From an uncultured Candidatus Saccharibacteria bacterium (GTDB lineage Bacteria; Patescibacteriota; Saccharimonadia; Saccharimonadales; CAYLGV01), in contig CAYMZG010000004.1 of the NCBI GenBank assembly GCA_964394925.1, forward strand, positions 31,208 through 95,207: DNA of 64,000 nucleotides, in the 5' to 3' direction. This document shows, piece by piece, positions 8,287-16,746 of the stretch. The notes under the pieces were generated by a model, which made no database searches, was not told the DNA's origin, and was given only the letters and a program-made list of their open reading frames with translations. The translations under genes and the position numbers were made by a program. The stretch's first letter is position 1, and the number at the start of each line of letters is the position of its first letter.

Positions 8287-9967
8287 TGTGCTTGGCGCTA
8301 CGGTTCAGCGCCTTGTTTAAGGCATTAACGGTACGCGTAAAGTTACGGATGCCACCCCGATAGGCAATGTAGCGACTTTTCCACGTGGGTTCATATTTAC
8401 CCTTAAAGCGTCGTAAGCCGCTAAAACTATAGAAGCGGTCTCCATTGGCATATACAAACTTAAGTAGGCTATCAATAGCCGTGTTTTCTTGATCATTACT
8501 ATCAAGACCTGACAGCGGACATAACCCCAGATTAAAGCGCTCGAAGCCTGCCTCGGTAGCATAGTCGATAAACTGCATGAGTAGAAAGTCGTTGCTGTTG
8601 GTCAGTGACTGTTTGGTGTGACGAAGTAAATCATAATTTGCCTCGTGTTTATCAAAACTTGGAATTTGGTTAACGAAGGCCTGGATTGTTCCGGCCGCAT
8701 CTCGTAGAACCATGATCGGACACTGCTGAAGATACTCAGCATTAAAGAACCCCATCATAAAGCCACGCTCAGATCGGCCGGGCAAGGTAAGCCAGTCTGC
8801 TGAAACATCATGCAAACGTTGCATGAGGGCGTCATTGTGGGGTGGCTGAAGCAGTTCGGTCGTGTAGCCTTTCTTTTCGAATTTGTTGCGAATCTGACGG
8901 AAGTACTTGCTGCCACGTACCGTTTCCTGATATGGCTTGAGATAGAGGACAGCTTCCTCGCCAATCTTCTGCACGTTATAGCCTTGTTTAATATAGAGAT
9001 CGGTAAAGTGCTCTTCGGTGTGTATGAGGGCTGGAAGCCAATCGTTTACTTTACAGAATTCATGAAACTGTTTTAGGAGGCCCGGGAAATCAGCGTGCTT
9101 GCCGGCCGGATCTCCTGCACACAGAGCAACTCCGTTTTGTACGTGATAGGCCAAAGCCGCTGTATGGGTACGGTTAATAAAATACTGCTTGTCATGTGGC
9201 CACAACTTAAAGAAATCCTCGCTCGTCGCAGGGTGCTTTTCGAGTAAGGTTTTTACCTCATCGCGATTATGGGTTTCATCGGTTAAACGTGCTCGCAACG
9301 GCTGGAAAATTGCCAGAAAGCTATACGCAACCGCACCGATACTGATAATACTCAGAGAATCCATGAAGAGAGCAGCGCGTCGACTATAAGTATGTAATTC
9401 GCCGCTCGTCGTCAGATCAAATTGATCAATGGTTCGGTGGGCGGCTTCCCAAACACTAATTTGCTGATGAAAATCGTGATGGTCCATGAGTATAAAGCCG
9501 AGCACACCATAAGCAAAGGCAACAAGTAGAACCAGTAGTGTGGTACGTAGTGCAAGCGTGAAGCTTCGGACATCACTCTTGACGTTAAACAAGCTCCGGT
9601 AGCGCACCAAGCCGTAAACAACTATGAGCGGCAGTAATAGGTTGCGAATTGGTCCGAACGCTACAAGATGATGGTCGGCCAGTATTACCCCCCGCACAAT
9701 CCCCGTAAAGAGAATGAAACTGTAAACTGGCAGAACCACCAACCAAGCTGTACGCTTGCGACGACGCAAAAGAGTAGCCAGATAAATTAAAGTTATGCCT
9801 TCGAGTACTGGGAAGCTGGTTACAACACCCGTAATGAGTGGCACATCATGCAAAAATAATTGCTCCCGAAGCGAGTCAAGTAGCAAGATAAGGCCATTGG
9901 CTAGAACGCCGAAAGAGACAAGATTCAATATAACTTCGGGTCGAACTAACCGGGAGAAGAACTTCAT
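8276..9967 (-). CDS. MprF-like aminoacyl-phosphatidylglycerol synthase (TM domain + DUF2156-type C-terminal domain)
   Basis: The N-terminal ~230 aa are polytopic. The C-terminal part (ERGFMMGFF, NLGLCPLSG, FYSFSGLRRFKGKYEPTW) matches the LPG-synthase C-terminal domain from memory. Confidence 0.7.
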   Translation of the reverse strand: MKFFSRLVRPEVILNLVSFGVLANGLILLLDSLREQLFLHDVPLITGVVTSFPVLEGITLIYLATLLRRRKRTAWLVVLPVYSFILFTGIVRGVILADHHLVAFGPIRNLLLPLIVVYGLVRYRSLFNVKSDVRSFTLALRTTLLVLLVAFAYGVLGFILMDHHDFHQQISVWEAAHRTIDQFDLTTSGELHTYSRRAALFMDSLSIISIGAVAYSFLAIFQPLRARLTDETHNRDEVKTLLEKHPATSEDFFKLWPHDKQYFINRTHTAALAYHVQNGVALCAGDPAGKHADFPGLLKQFHEFCKVNDWLPALIHTEEHFTDLYIKQGYNVQKIGEEAVLYLKPYQETVRGSKYFRQIRNKFEKKGYTTELLQPPHNDALMQRLHDVSADWLTLPGRSERGFMMGFFNAEYLQQCPIMVLRDAAGTIQAFVNQIPSFDKHEANYDLLRHTKQSLTNSNDFLLMQFIDYATEAGFERFNLGLCPLSGLDSNDQENTAIDSLLKFVYANGDRFYSFSGLRRFKGKYEPTWKSRYIAYRGGIRNFTRTVNALNKALNRSAKHTRH

Positions 9968-10121
9968 ACTTGTCTATATTGTACCAGAGGCAGCTGGGAC
10001 TTATGCCATGGCTGCTAGTGCACAAAGAAAAGGTTGTAATATTTCCACATAACCTTGTGTGCGGGGCAAAATGTTTCGTACAATAGCATTCAGACATGAG
10101 GGTGGCTAAGGGGAGAGGGTT

Positions 10122-10835
10122 ATGAGCGTATACAGCAATAAGCAAATTCGAGAAGCCATAAAGAGCGGTCATATTGTATGTGCACCATTCAACCCAAAGC
10201 ACATAAGCCACGCCAGCCTCGATGTAACTCTAGGCTATTACTACTATCGCACGGGTCAAGAAAACAAGGGCTATGTATATAACCCATTCGTAGATACCGA
10301 CGTAAAACGCTACTTCGGGGACGTACGACAGGCCGTTGCTCACCAAGATTGGTGTATCGCTAATGGCGTTCGTATGCTCGACAATATTCCACCCGAACAT
10401 CCCGTTATTCCGCTCGGCCCAGGCGAACGTATTCTGGCTCACACACATGAGTTCTTTGGTATCAAACCACCTGGCGCATATATGGTTAAATCCCGCTCTA
10501 GTTGGGGGCGCAACGGCATTGCGGTTTGTTTCGACGCCGGTTGGGTTGACCCTGGCTACATTAATCGTTTGACGCTTGAGATATATAACCTCAACCAGCA
10601 CGAGACCGTACTGCTGCCAGTTGGTGAGCGTATTGCCCAAGCAGTTTTTCTGGAAACTGGTGAGGTTGAAGGCAACTACGGCGAAGGTCGTGACGATGGT
10701 ATGAGCGGCAAGTACCAGACAGGCACTAACCTTGATGAACTTATTGCCAATTGGACGCCAGATCAAATGCTGCCGAGGGCCTACAAAGACAAACGCCAAC
10801 TGCCGGAGGCAATTAACGGTTTAAAAGCACGTTAG
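10122..10835 (+). CDS. dcd: dCTP deaminase / dUTPase-superfamily protein
   Basis: N-terminus IREAIKSGHIV...ASLDVTLG and the beta-barrel core SSWGRNGI are typical of Dcd. RBS GGGGAGAGGG. Confidence 0.75.
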   Translation: MSVYSNKQIREAIKSGHIVCAPFNPKHISHASLDVTLGYYYYRTGQENKGYVYNPFVDTDVKRYFGDVRQAVAHQDWCIANGVRMLDNIPPEHPVIPLGPGERILAHTHEFFGIKPPGAYMVKSRSSWGRNGIAVCFDAGWVDPGYINRLTLEIYNLNQHETVLLPVGERIAQAVFLETGEVEGNYGEGRDDGMSGKYQTGTNLDELIANWTPDQMLPRAYKDKRQLPEAINGLKAR

Positions 10836-10849
10836 ACGAGGAACAGCCT

Positions 10850-13177
10850 ATGGGACGCGGAACATTTTTGGTAGTTGAAGGAACTGATGGCTCGGGCAAG
10901 GGCACGCAAGTTGCCAAGTTGGTTGAGCGCCTTGAACACGAAGGCTACGATGTGGCTGCGTTTGATTTTCCACAGTATGAGCAGCCGTCTTCATACTTCG
11001 TACGTGAATATTTAAATGGTAAATACGGCTCGGCCGAAGAAGTTGGCCCGTACACTGGATCGTTATTTTATGCCCTGGATCGTTATCAGGCGGCACCGGC
11101 AATCCGCGAAGCACTCGATGCCGGTAAGGTAGTTATTGCTAACCGTTTTACAGGCAGCAATATGGCACATCAAGGCACCAAGTTCGATGAAAGTGAACAC
11201 CGACGTGGCTACTTTATTTGGCTCGATAATCTCGAGTTTGAAATGCTCAAGATTCCACGCCCCGATCGCTCGATTGTACTCAGAGTACCGGCTGAAATCG
11301 CCCAAAAACTCGTTGATCAAAAAGATGCCCGCTCCTACACCGACAAGAAGCGCGACCTGCATGAAGCAGATTTGAGCCATATGCAGCGTGCAGTTGAGGT
11401 ATACGATGACCTCTGTCATTTGTTCCCCAAAGATTTTGTACGCGTTGACTGTGTCCGCGACGAAAAACTGCTGGAAATCGATACCATACACAAACTACTG
11501 TGGCAGGCAATTGAACCATTATTGCCACCGAAGCCAAAGCAATCAAGTGCTGCCGCTGCTGCCATGGCAACAAAACCAACGACACCCAAGCTTGAAAATC
11601 CATACGTGACCAAAGAGGGCGATCGCTACACCATAACCGCTGCCGGCGAAGCTTTCCTCAAAGACAGCGTGACCAGCGTTGACGGTAATGTGTATGCCTT
11701 TAATGACAATATGAGTCCGCTGACGGTGGCCGCTGCCATGGCGCGCTTGAGCCGCCGCGGCGACGATATGCGCATTACCATTCTTGACGAGTTTGCTGCA
11801 GCCATGGGCAAAGACGAGAAACTCTTACAGCGCGTAATCACCGCCTACGGGGATGATTCGGTGCAACAGCTAGTTGGCCAACACCTAGTAGTGGAGGGCG
11901 CCAGCAACCTACTCACCAAGAAGTTAGAATGGGGGCGCTTGGCGGCCTATCTTGAACAGTCAACGCGCTACATTTACTTTGATCAAAAAGATGCAAACGG
12001 CAAATATAAGTACTACACACCTACCGACTTAGATGCCAAAACAAGGGACAACTACGAAGAAGTTATGAATCGCATCTTCGATCTGTACTCTGAAATGGTC
12101 CGAAAAACCACCGCCTACGTACGCAGCAATTCCGATACACCTAAGGAAGAACAGGATGTAGCCTGGCAAGGTGCCACGCGCGCCCAGGCCTGCGACGCGA
12201 TCAGGCCAGTTCTGCCCGTGGCGACCAAGTCAACGGTCGGCATTTTTGCATCAGGCCAAGCCCTGGAAAGCCTCATTATGCACCTCATGAGCGATGACTT
12301 GCTCGAAGCCCGCGAGGTTGGAGCACAAATCCTTGAACAAGCGCGGAAGGTCATTCCAACGTTTCTGGAACGCGCCGACAAGCCCGACCGCGGCGGCGCC
12401 ACAATGGCATACGTGTCTAACACGCGTCGTTCCGTGAAAGATCTCGCCGAAAAATACCTGCCAGAGAATCATGCCAGCGAGACCGATGCCGTAACACTCA
12501 CGTCGGTTTGGCCACGGAACGAGCTCGATCTCGTACCCGACATGTTGTACGAACACAGCAACCTGCCATTACGTGACTTGCAGGCGGAGGTAGCCACCTG
12601 GCCAGTTGCCCGTCGGATGGACGTCTTTGAAGCATATATGGGCGAACGACTTAACCGCCGCCATCGCCCCGGCCGCGCTCTGGAAAAGGCCCACTACAGC
12701 TGGGATCTCGTGTGTGACTATGGCATCTTTCGTGATCTGCAACGTCACCGAATGGTAGACGACATGAACTGGCAACTACTCACTCCACGCTATGGCTACG
12801 ATGTGCCGCAGCTCGTTGAAGATGCGGGTATGACTGACCTATTTGAGGAATGCTTTGACCTCAGTCTGCAGCTCTTCAGTACAATGCAGGCGGCAGGCTA
12901 TGATCTAGAGGCACAGTACGCAACACTGCTCGGTCATAAGATGCGCTGGAAGGTTACCTACAATGCTCGTGAGGCTTTCCATCTGCATGAACTACGCACC
13001 AGTCCACAAGGTCATCCTGGCTACCGAAAACTTGTACAACAAATGCATGAACGCTTAAGTGAAGTGCACCCAATGATGGCCGAGGCCATGAAGTTTGTAA
13101 ACCAAGGTGAAGACGAAGCCCTAACCAGACTCGCTGCCGAACGCTATACGCAGTTTAAATTAAATCAGTTGAGCTAA
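10850..13177 (+). CDS. thyX: Fusion protein: thymidylate kinase (N-terminal ~210 aa) + flavin-dependent thymidylate synthase ThyX (C-terminal ~530 aa, two Thy1-like halves)
   Basis: Tmk P-loop VVEGTDGSGKGTQ and the DRY-type motif LDRYQ. ThyX-type elements ARLSRRG, EQSTRY, FRDLQRHRMV and LHELRTSPQGHPGYR. Single uninterrupted 775-codon ORF. Confidence 0.85.
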   Translation: MGRGTFLVVEGTDGSGKGTQVAKLVERLEHEGYDVAAFDFPQYEQPSSYFVREYLNGKYGSAEEVGPYTGSLFYALDRYQAAPAIREALDAGKVVIANRFTGSNMAHQGTKFDESEHRRGYFIWLDNLEFEMLKIPRPDRSIVLRVPAEIAQKLVDQKDARSYTDKKRDLHEADLSHMQRAVEVYDDLCHLFPKDFVRVDCVRDEKLLEIDTIHKLLWQAIEPLLPPKPKQSSAAAAAMATKPTTPKLENPYVTKEGDRYTITAAGEAFLKDSVTSVDGNVYAFNDNMSPLTVAAAMARLSRRGDDMRITILDEFAAAMGKDEKLLQRVITAYGDDSVQQLVGQHLVVEGASNLLTKKLEWGRLAAYLEQSTRYIYFDQKDANGKYKYYTPTDLDAKTRDNYEEVMNRIFDLYSEMVRKTTAYVRSNSDTPKEEQDVAWQGATRAQACDAIRPVLPVATKSTVGIFASGQALESLIMHLMSDDLLEAREVGAQILEQARKVIPTFLERADKPDRGGATMAYVSNTRRSVKDLAEKYLPENHASETDAVTLTSVWPRNELDLVPDMLYEHSNLPLRDLQAEVATWPVARRMDVFEAYMGERLNRRHRPGRALEKAHYSWDLVCDYGIFRDLQRHRMVDDMNWQLLTPRYGYDVPQLVEDAGMTDLFEECFDLSLQLFSTMQAAGYDLEAQYATLLGHKMRWKVTYNAREAFHLHELRTSPQGHPGYRKLVQQMHERLSEVHPMMAEAMKFVNQGEDEALTRLAAERYTQFKLNQLS

Positions 13178-13611
13178 TCAGCGATTGGATCTGGGCCCTC
13201 AAAGCCCTCAATACCTATGCTCATGTAGAAATGCAGGATAGTTACCGCGGCGTCAACGGGGCTAGCTTCGAAAAGTTGACTCTGCAATTCAATATCCTTG
13301 GCAAAAGTTATAGGGTCGGTATCAATGATAGGGTCACCGATCTCCTCTAAGACAATGTTTAGCTGCTCTTTAACGAGTCGGCCAAGCCGTTGATATACGT
13401 TTTCACGTGATGCTGGCGCCTCAGTTGCTTCAGCAAACTTACATGCTACGGCACCGAAGTAGCGGTCTTTCGTTTCAGCAGGCACTTCGCCGTCAAACAC
13501 AACGCCCTCAGCAATCATAGAGCGCGCCTCTGCAATTTCACGGACATATTGAAACGCACCAGCTGGTAATGCTGGTGGATCGAATGGCCGATCTGTCTCT
13601 GCGATTGTCAT
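13174..13611 (-). CDS. Hypothetical acidic protein (145 aa)
   Basis: Clean ORF convergent with thyX (4-nt overlap). No motif recognised. Confidence 0.5.
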   Translation of the reverse strand: MTIAETDRPFDPPALPAGAFQYVREIAEARSMIAEGVVFDGEVPAETKDRYFGAVACKFAEATEAPASRENVYQRLGRLVKEQLNIVLEEIGDPIIDTDPITFAKDIELQSQLFEASPVDAAVTILHFYMSIGIEGFEGPDPIAD

Positions 13612-13631
13612 GACTAAGGTTTTTGCTCCGT

Positions 13632-13658
13632 AAAAAAAGCTCCCTCATGGAGCCTTTT
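13632..13658 (-). terminator. Short hairpin + U-run on minus strand, upstream of the 13611 start (attenuator or sRNA terminator)
   Basis: GCTCC/GGAGC stem with a 5-nt loop. On the minus strand it is followed by T7. The stem is only 5 bp. Confidence 0.4.
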
Positions 13659-13795
13659 GTGTTCGATTTGTGATTTGAGGACTGTGTGTGAAACTGGCTC
13701 CGAGCGTTACGCACTCATAATCATCGCCTTGGAAACAAAGCGATTCGTATGACAGGTAAGCGCACGGCTTTTTTGTAGTTTGTTCACGAGGCAAC

Positions 13796-13824
13796 ACTTT
13801 ACGCCTAAACAAAACACTTGTCAA
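13796..13824 (-). promoter_or_regulatory. Minus-strand promoter (TTGACA-17-TAAAGT)
   Basis: Perfect -35 TTGACA (complement of 13819-13824), 17-nt spacer, TAAAGT (complement of 13796-13801). Confidence 0.35.
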
Positions 13825-13846
13825 TGAAGATTATTACGAGTATTGT
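13818..13846 (+). promoter_or_regulatory. Plus-strand promoter (TTGTCA-17-TATTGT), back-to-back with the minus-strand promoter
   Basis: The -35 hexamers of both promoters occupy the same TTGTCAA sequence. Confidence 0.3.
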
Positions 13847-13898
13847 AAATGTCATGCAAACAATGTTGAAGCAATTGAACCTCCTCCTCGGCCTTTCT

Positions 13899-13988
13899 GG
13901 GCTGTGCTTCAGCACGGTTGAAGCCTGAGCGTAAAAAACGCCAAGCACAGCCCCAACAAATCAGGCTTCACCAGATGAAGTCATTTTT
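13899..13988 (+). promoter_or_regulatory. Structured 5' leader candidate upstream of the 14006 ORF
   Basis: 11-bp helix GGGCTGTGCTT (13899-13909) / AAGCACAGCCC (13943-13953). It interleaves with a 10-bp helix TGAAGCCTGA (13919-13928) / TCAGGCTTCA (13961-13970). A small hairpin (13966-13980) plus T5 overlaps the second helix. Confidence 0.3.
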
Positions 13989-14005
13989 AATTTTGGAGGA
14001 AAATT

Positions 14006-14329
14006 ATGTCAAATCAAACACCAGAACATTGGCACAACGGGAGCGTAGATATGTCACCATCACCAGAACAGGCTGAGATACCGTACCAGAGAATCGTGAA
14101 CGACCCTGTTCAACGAGAAGCAGTAAGAAGGGCGATGTTTGCCAGGGCTGATGTTGACCCAAGAATTGTGCGCGCAATGGGCTTTGCGGTAGAGAGTACT
14201 GTTGCCACCCAGGGCATCACGGCCATCGATGCAGTACCGTGCGTACCGTATAGTGGCACGGAAGGCGCACCTGATGTACCAGCACAGGTAGTCGTACCTA
14301 ATGGCTTTCGGGCTCATTTACCAGCATAA
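14006..14329 (+). CDS. Hypothetical protein (107 aa)
   Basis: ATG after GGAGGA. No motif recognised. Confidence 0.45.
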   Translation: MSNQTPEHWHNGSVDMSPSPEQAEIPYQRIVNDPVQREAVRRAMFARADVDPRIVRAMGFAVESTVATQGITAIDAVPCVPYSGTEGAPDVPAQVVVPNGFRAHLPA

Positions 14330-14455
14330 CGGCACCACCCTTGACAACATCAACTCATAAGAGCAGACTAGTTACATGACTCATAACGCAATTATTAAGG
14401 TGATTGTCTGCTCGCTATCCGCGAGGCTGTGAGTCTTTGTAATTAAGAAAATCAA

Positions 14456-14486
14456 CAGCCCTCGCGGAATAAGCGAGGGCTGTTTT
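14456..14486 (+). terminator. Intrinsic terminator
   Basis: 10-bp stem CAGCCCTCGC/GCGAGGGCTG, 7-nt loop, TTTT. Confidence 0.65.
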
Positions 14487-14501
14487 AGTTAGGAGAAAAC
14501 T

Positions 14502-14714
14502 ATGGAAGCAGATGTAGCAAACAGGCCAGAATCTGGTGAACGTGACCAGGGCGAGGAACGTCCACCTTTTTGGCTACTTGAGACTACTGGTGATACCACA
14601 CGCAGAACTTTAACTGTTGATGACTTTAGGAAAGTAGGTGTGCCTGTTACGGCTGCAACCAAACCATATCTCGAACACGCCGGACCGCTCCCAAACGATG
14701 CTTTCAGCGATTGA
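14502..14714 (+). CDS. Hypothetical small acidic protein (70 aa)
   Basis: ATG after AGGAGAA. No motif recognised. Confidence 0.4.
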   Translation: MEADVANRPESGERDQGEERPPFWLLETTGDTTRRTLTVDDFRKVGVPVTAATKPYLEHAGPLPNDAFSD

Positions 14715-14739
14715 CACCAGGGGTGATTCGTGCTAGAGT
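14711..14739 (+). promoter_or_regulatory. Promoter of the rplJL operon
   Basis: TTGACA (14711-14716), 17-nt spacer, TAGAGT (14734-14739). Confidence 0.55.
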
Positions 14740-14744
14740 CATAG

Positions 14745-14875
14745 GGTTACCAAAGACAGTAGCGGCCGCGGATCGATACTCCAACGCTTAAGAATGCTAC
14801 CGAGGCACACATCCAGTAAAACTGTTTGTTTTTGTTTGTGAGCACTAGCCCTTGGTCAACGCCAGGGGCTTTTTG
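14745..14875 (+). ncRNA. Ribosomal protein L10 leader-like cis-regulatory RNA with terminator/attenuator
   Basis: ~200-nt untranslated leader before rplJ. Helix GTAGC (14759-14763)/GCTAC (14796-14800) encloses CGCTTAAGAATGC, which resembles the 23S GCUUAGAAGC L10/L11-region sequence. Followed by hairpin AGCCCTTGG/CCAGGGGCT plus TTTTT (14847-14875). Confidence 0.5.
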
Positions 14876-14945
14876 GTACAAGACAGCTACTAATAACAAG
14901 GTCGAAAGTATCTGTCTTAACTCATAAAAGTAAGGGAAGCATTAC

Positions 14946-15470
14946 ATGGCTCTTACAAAAGATAAGAAGAACGAAGTTGTCGCTGAAGTAAGCCAGTTAC
15001 TGGCCGATTCAAAGATGACCGTTATTGCAGCCTACCAGGGTACTCCTGTGAAGGCTATGCAGGCTCTCCGTAAAAGTGGCCGTGACAACGGCACCACGCT
15101 AAAGGTTGTCAAGAACCGTTTGGTTATCAAGGCTATTCAGTCTACCGATAACACCAAAGATGCTGACACCAGCGCACTTAACGGCATGCTCCTCTACGCT
15201 TTCAACAGCGAAGACGAAGTAGCACCTGCCCAAACCTTGGCAACCTTTGCCAAGACTCAGCCTACGATTGAATTTGTAGGCGCAATATCAGCTGACGGCA
15301 AATTCCTCACTGCCGACGAAGTGAAAGCACTCGCTACCTTGCCAAGCAAGAATGATCTGATCGCTCAGGTCATGGCGACATTGTCTTCACCTCTGAACGA
15401 TGTGATGGGTGGCTTGTCAGGTAACCTGCATGGCTTGCTCGACGGTGTCGAAGCAAAAGCTACTGCATAA
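14946..15470 (+). CDS. rplJ: 50S ribosomal protein L10
   Basis: Typical L10 sequence (KVVKNRL, YQGTPV). Position upstream of rplL. Confidence 0.95.
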   Translation: MALTKDKKNEVVAEVSQLLADSKMTVIAAYQGTPVKAMQALRKSGRDNGTTLKVVKNRLVIKAIQSTDNTKDADTSALNGMLLYAFNSEDEVAPAQTLATFAKTQPTIEFVGAISADGKFLTADEVKALATLPSKNDLIAQVMATLSSPLNDVMGGLSGNLHGLLDGVEAKATA

Positions 15471-15493
15471 AGAATTAAGAAAGGATAGCTAAC

Positions 15494-15877
15494 ATGGCTA
15501 CAGATTTGAAGAAGCTTGCAGAACAGCTCACTGGCTTGACTGTTTTGGAAGTAAACGACCTTAAGACAATCCTTAAAGACGAGTACGGCATTGAGCCTGC
15601 TGCTGCCGCAGTTGCAGTTGCTGGTCCAGCTGCTGGTGGCGAAGCCGCTCCTGCTGCTGACGAAAAGTCTGAGTACGACGTAGTATTGAAAGATGCTGGT
15701 GCTCAAAAGGTTGCTGTTATCAAGGCAGTTAAGGACCTCACTAACCTCGGTCTTGGCGAAGCTAAGGCATTGGTTGATGGTGCTCCAAAGACCATTCTTG
15801 AGAAGGCTAAGAAGGAAGACGCTGAGAACGCCAAGAAAGCTTTGGAAGAAGCTGGCGCTACCGTCGAGTTGGCTTAG
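15494..15877 (+). CDS. rplL: 50S ribosomal protein L7/L12
   Basis: Ala-rich hinge and C-terminal [28 protein letters not shown]. Confidence 0.95.
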   Translation: MATDLKKLAEQLTGLTVLEVNDLKTILKDEYGIEPAAAAVAVAGPAAGGEAAPAADEKSEYDVVLKDAGAQKVAVIKAVKDLTNLGLGEAKALVDGAPKTILEKAKKEDAENAKKALEEAGATVELA

Positions 15878-15901
15878 TTATTCATAGCTAACATCAACTT
15901 G

Positions 15902-15928
15902 AAAAGAGCCCTTGATCAGGGCTCTTTT
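15902..15928 (+). terminator. Intrinsic terminator after rplL
   Basis: 10-bp stem AAAAGAGCCC/GGGCTCTTTT with a 7-nt loop. It is symmetric, so it may act in both directions. Confidence 0.7.
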
Positions 15929-16010
15929 CAATAACCGTATCTATTAGGGCGGCGTTTTCACTCTGAACTATTATTGTTTTAATTACCACTCGGTGTTATT
16001 ATACTTTTTT

Positions 16011-16643
16011 ATGAGTCGGAAAAGATTAACGAGAAGTCAGCAAGTCAGGTATCAGGGCCGACCTAGTGAGGCAGAGTCATCGGAGGCGTGTCGTGGCCTG
16101 CGAGTAGTCCGCTATTTGGATCCTGAGCAAGCCCTGGCAATACGCAGCGCACTGCGTGAAATTGATGATACACCTGCGAATACTATCATTCGAGGTGACG
16201 GTGGTAGTAATGAACCTGATTTTACTGTTATTGCCTGGCACGAATCAGAAGCCTGGAATTTCCTACGAGAACACGATGCTGATGATGTGAAGCAGAAAAT
16301 ATACGACGGTGTGCCGACTCTCCGCGAGCCACTCCATGCCCGCATCCAAAATATTGGTAAATTCGGAATGGGGAACACGGGCTTTCACATAGCTGCGAGT
16401 TTTGACACTAGTAATGCGCCAGATAGATACGTTGACCGAGGGAGTATTCAAACAGTGTTGTGTGAATTGAATGATTGGGGGCCAGTTCCTATGCATGAAC
16501 GTGCCAATCCCCATTCTTCATTGGCGAATCTTCCACCTACAACCCCACTTGATGTGATACAAGAGTATAAAAATGCCGTTGCCGCAATCCTGACGCCAGG
16601 AGTAGAATTACATTTTTCTCACGCCTTCGTCCAAACATCATAG
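16011..16643 (+). CDS. Hypothetical protein (210 aa) with NDWGPVP motif
   Basis: ATG at 16011 lies 5 nt after a TATACT -10-like hexamer. No family recognised. Confidence 0.5.
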   Translation: MSRKRLTRSQQVRYQGRPSEAESSEACRGLRVVRYLDPEQALAIRSALREIDDTPANTIIRGDGGSNEPDFTVIAWHESEAWNFLREHDADDVKQKIYDGVPTLREPLHARIQNIGKFGMGNTGFHIAASFDTSNAPDRYVDRGSIQTVLCELNDWGPVPMHERANPHSSLANLPPTTPLDVIQEYKNAVAAILTPGVELHFSHAFVQTS

Positions 16644-16746
16644 CCACTTATCCACAGTTTTTTCAGTTTTCTTTGACTAAATATTGGGCACGTGGTACGG
16701 TAAGGCCAAGAAGTGTATCAAATAAACACTTTTGAGAGACAGAGAA

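Noticed and set aside
10230-10799. 189-aa minus-strand ORF
   Set aside because: It lies completely inside dcd on the opposite strand. It is a shadow ORF.
16011-16643. 2H phosphoesterase (LigT-like) assignment from FHIAAS and PHSSLA
   Set aside because: Neither segment is a convincing H-x-T/S-x motif, and the spacing and context are unverified. Left as hypothetical.
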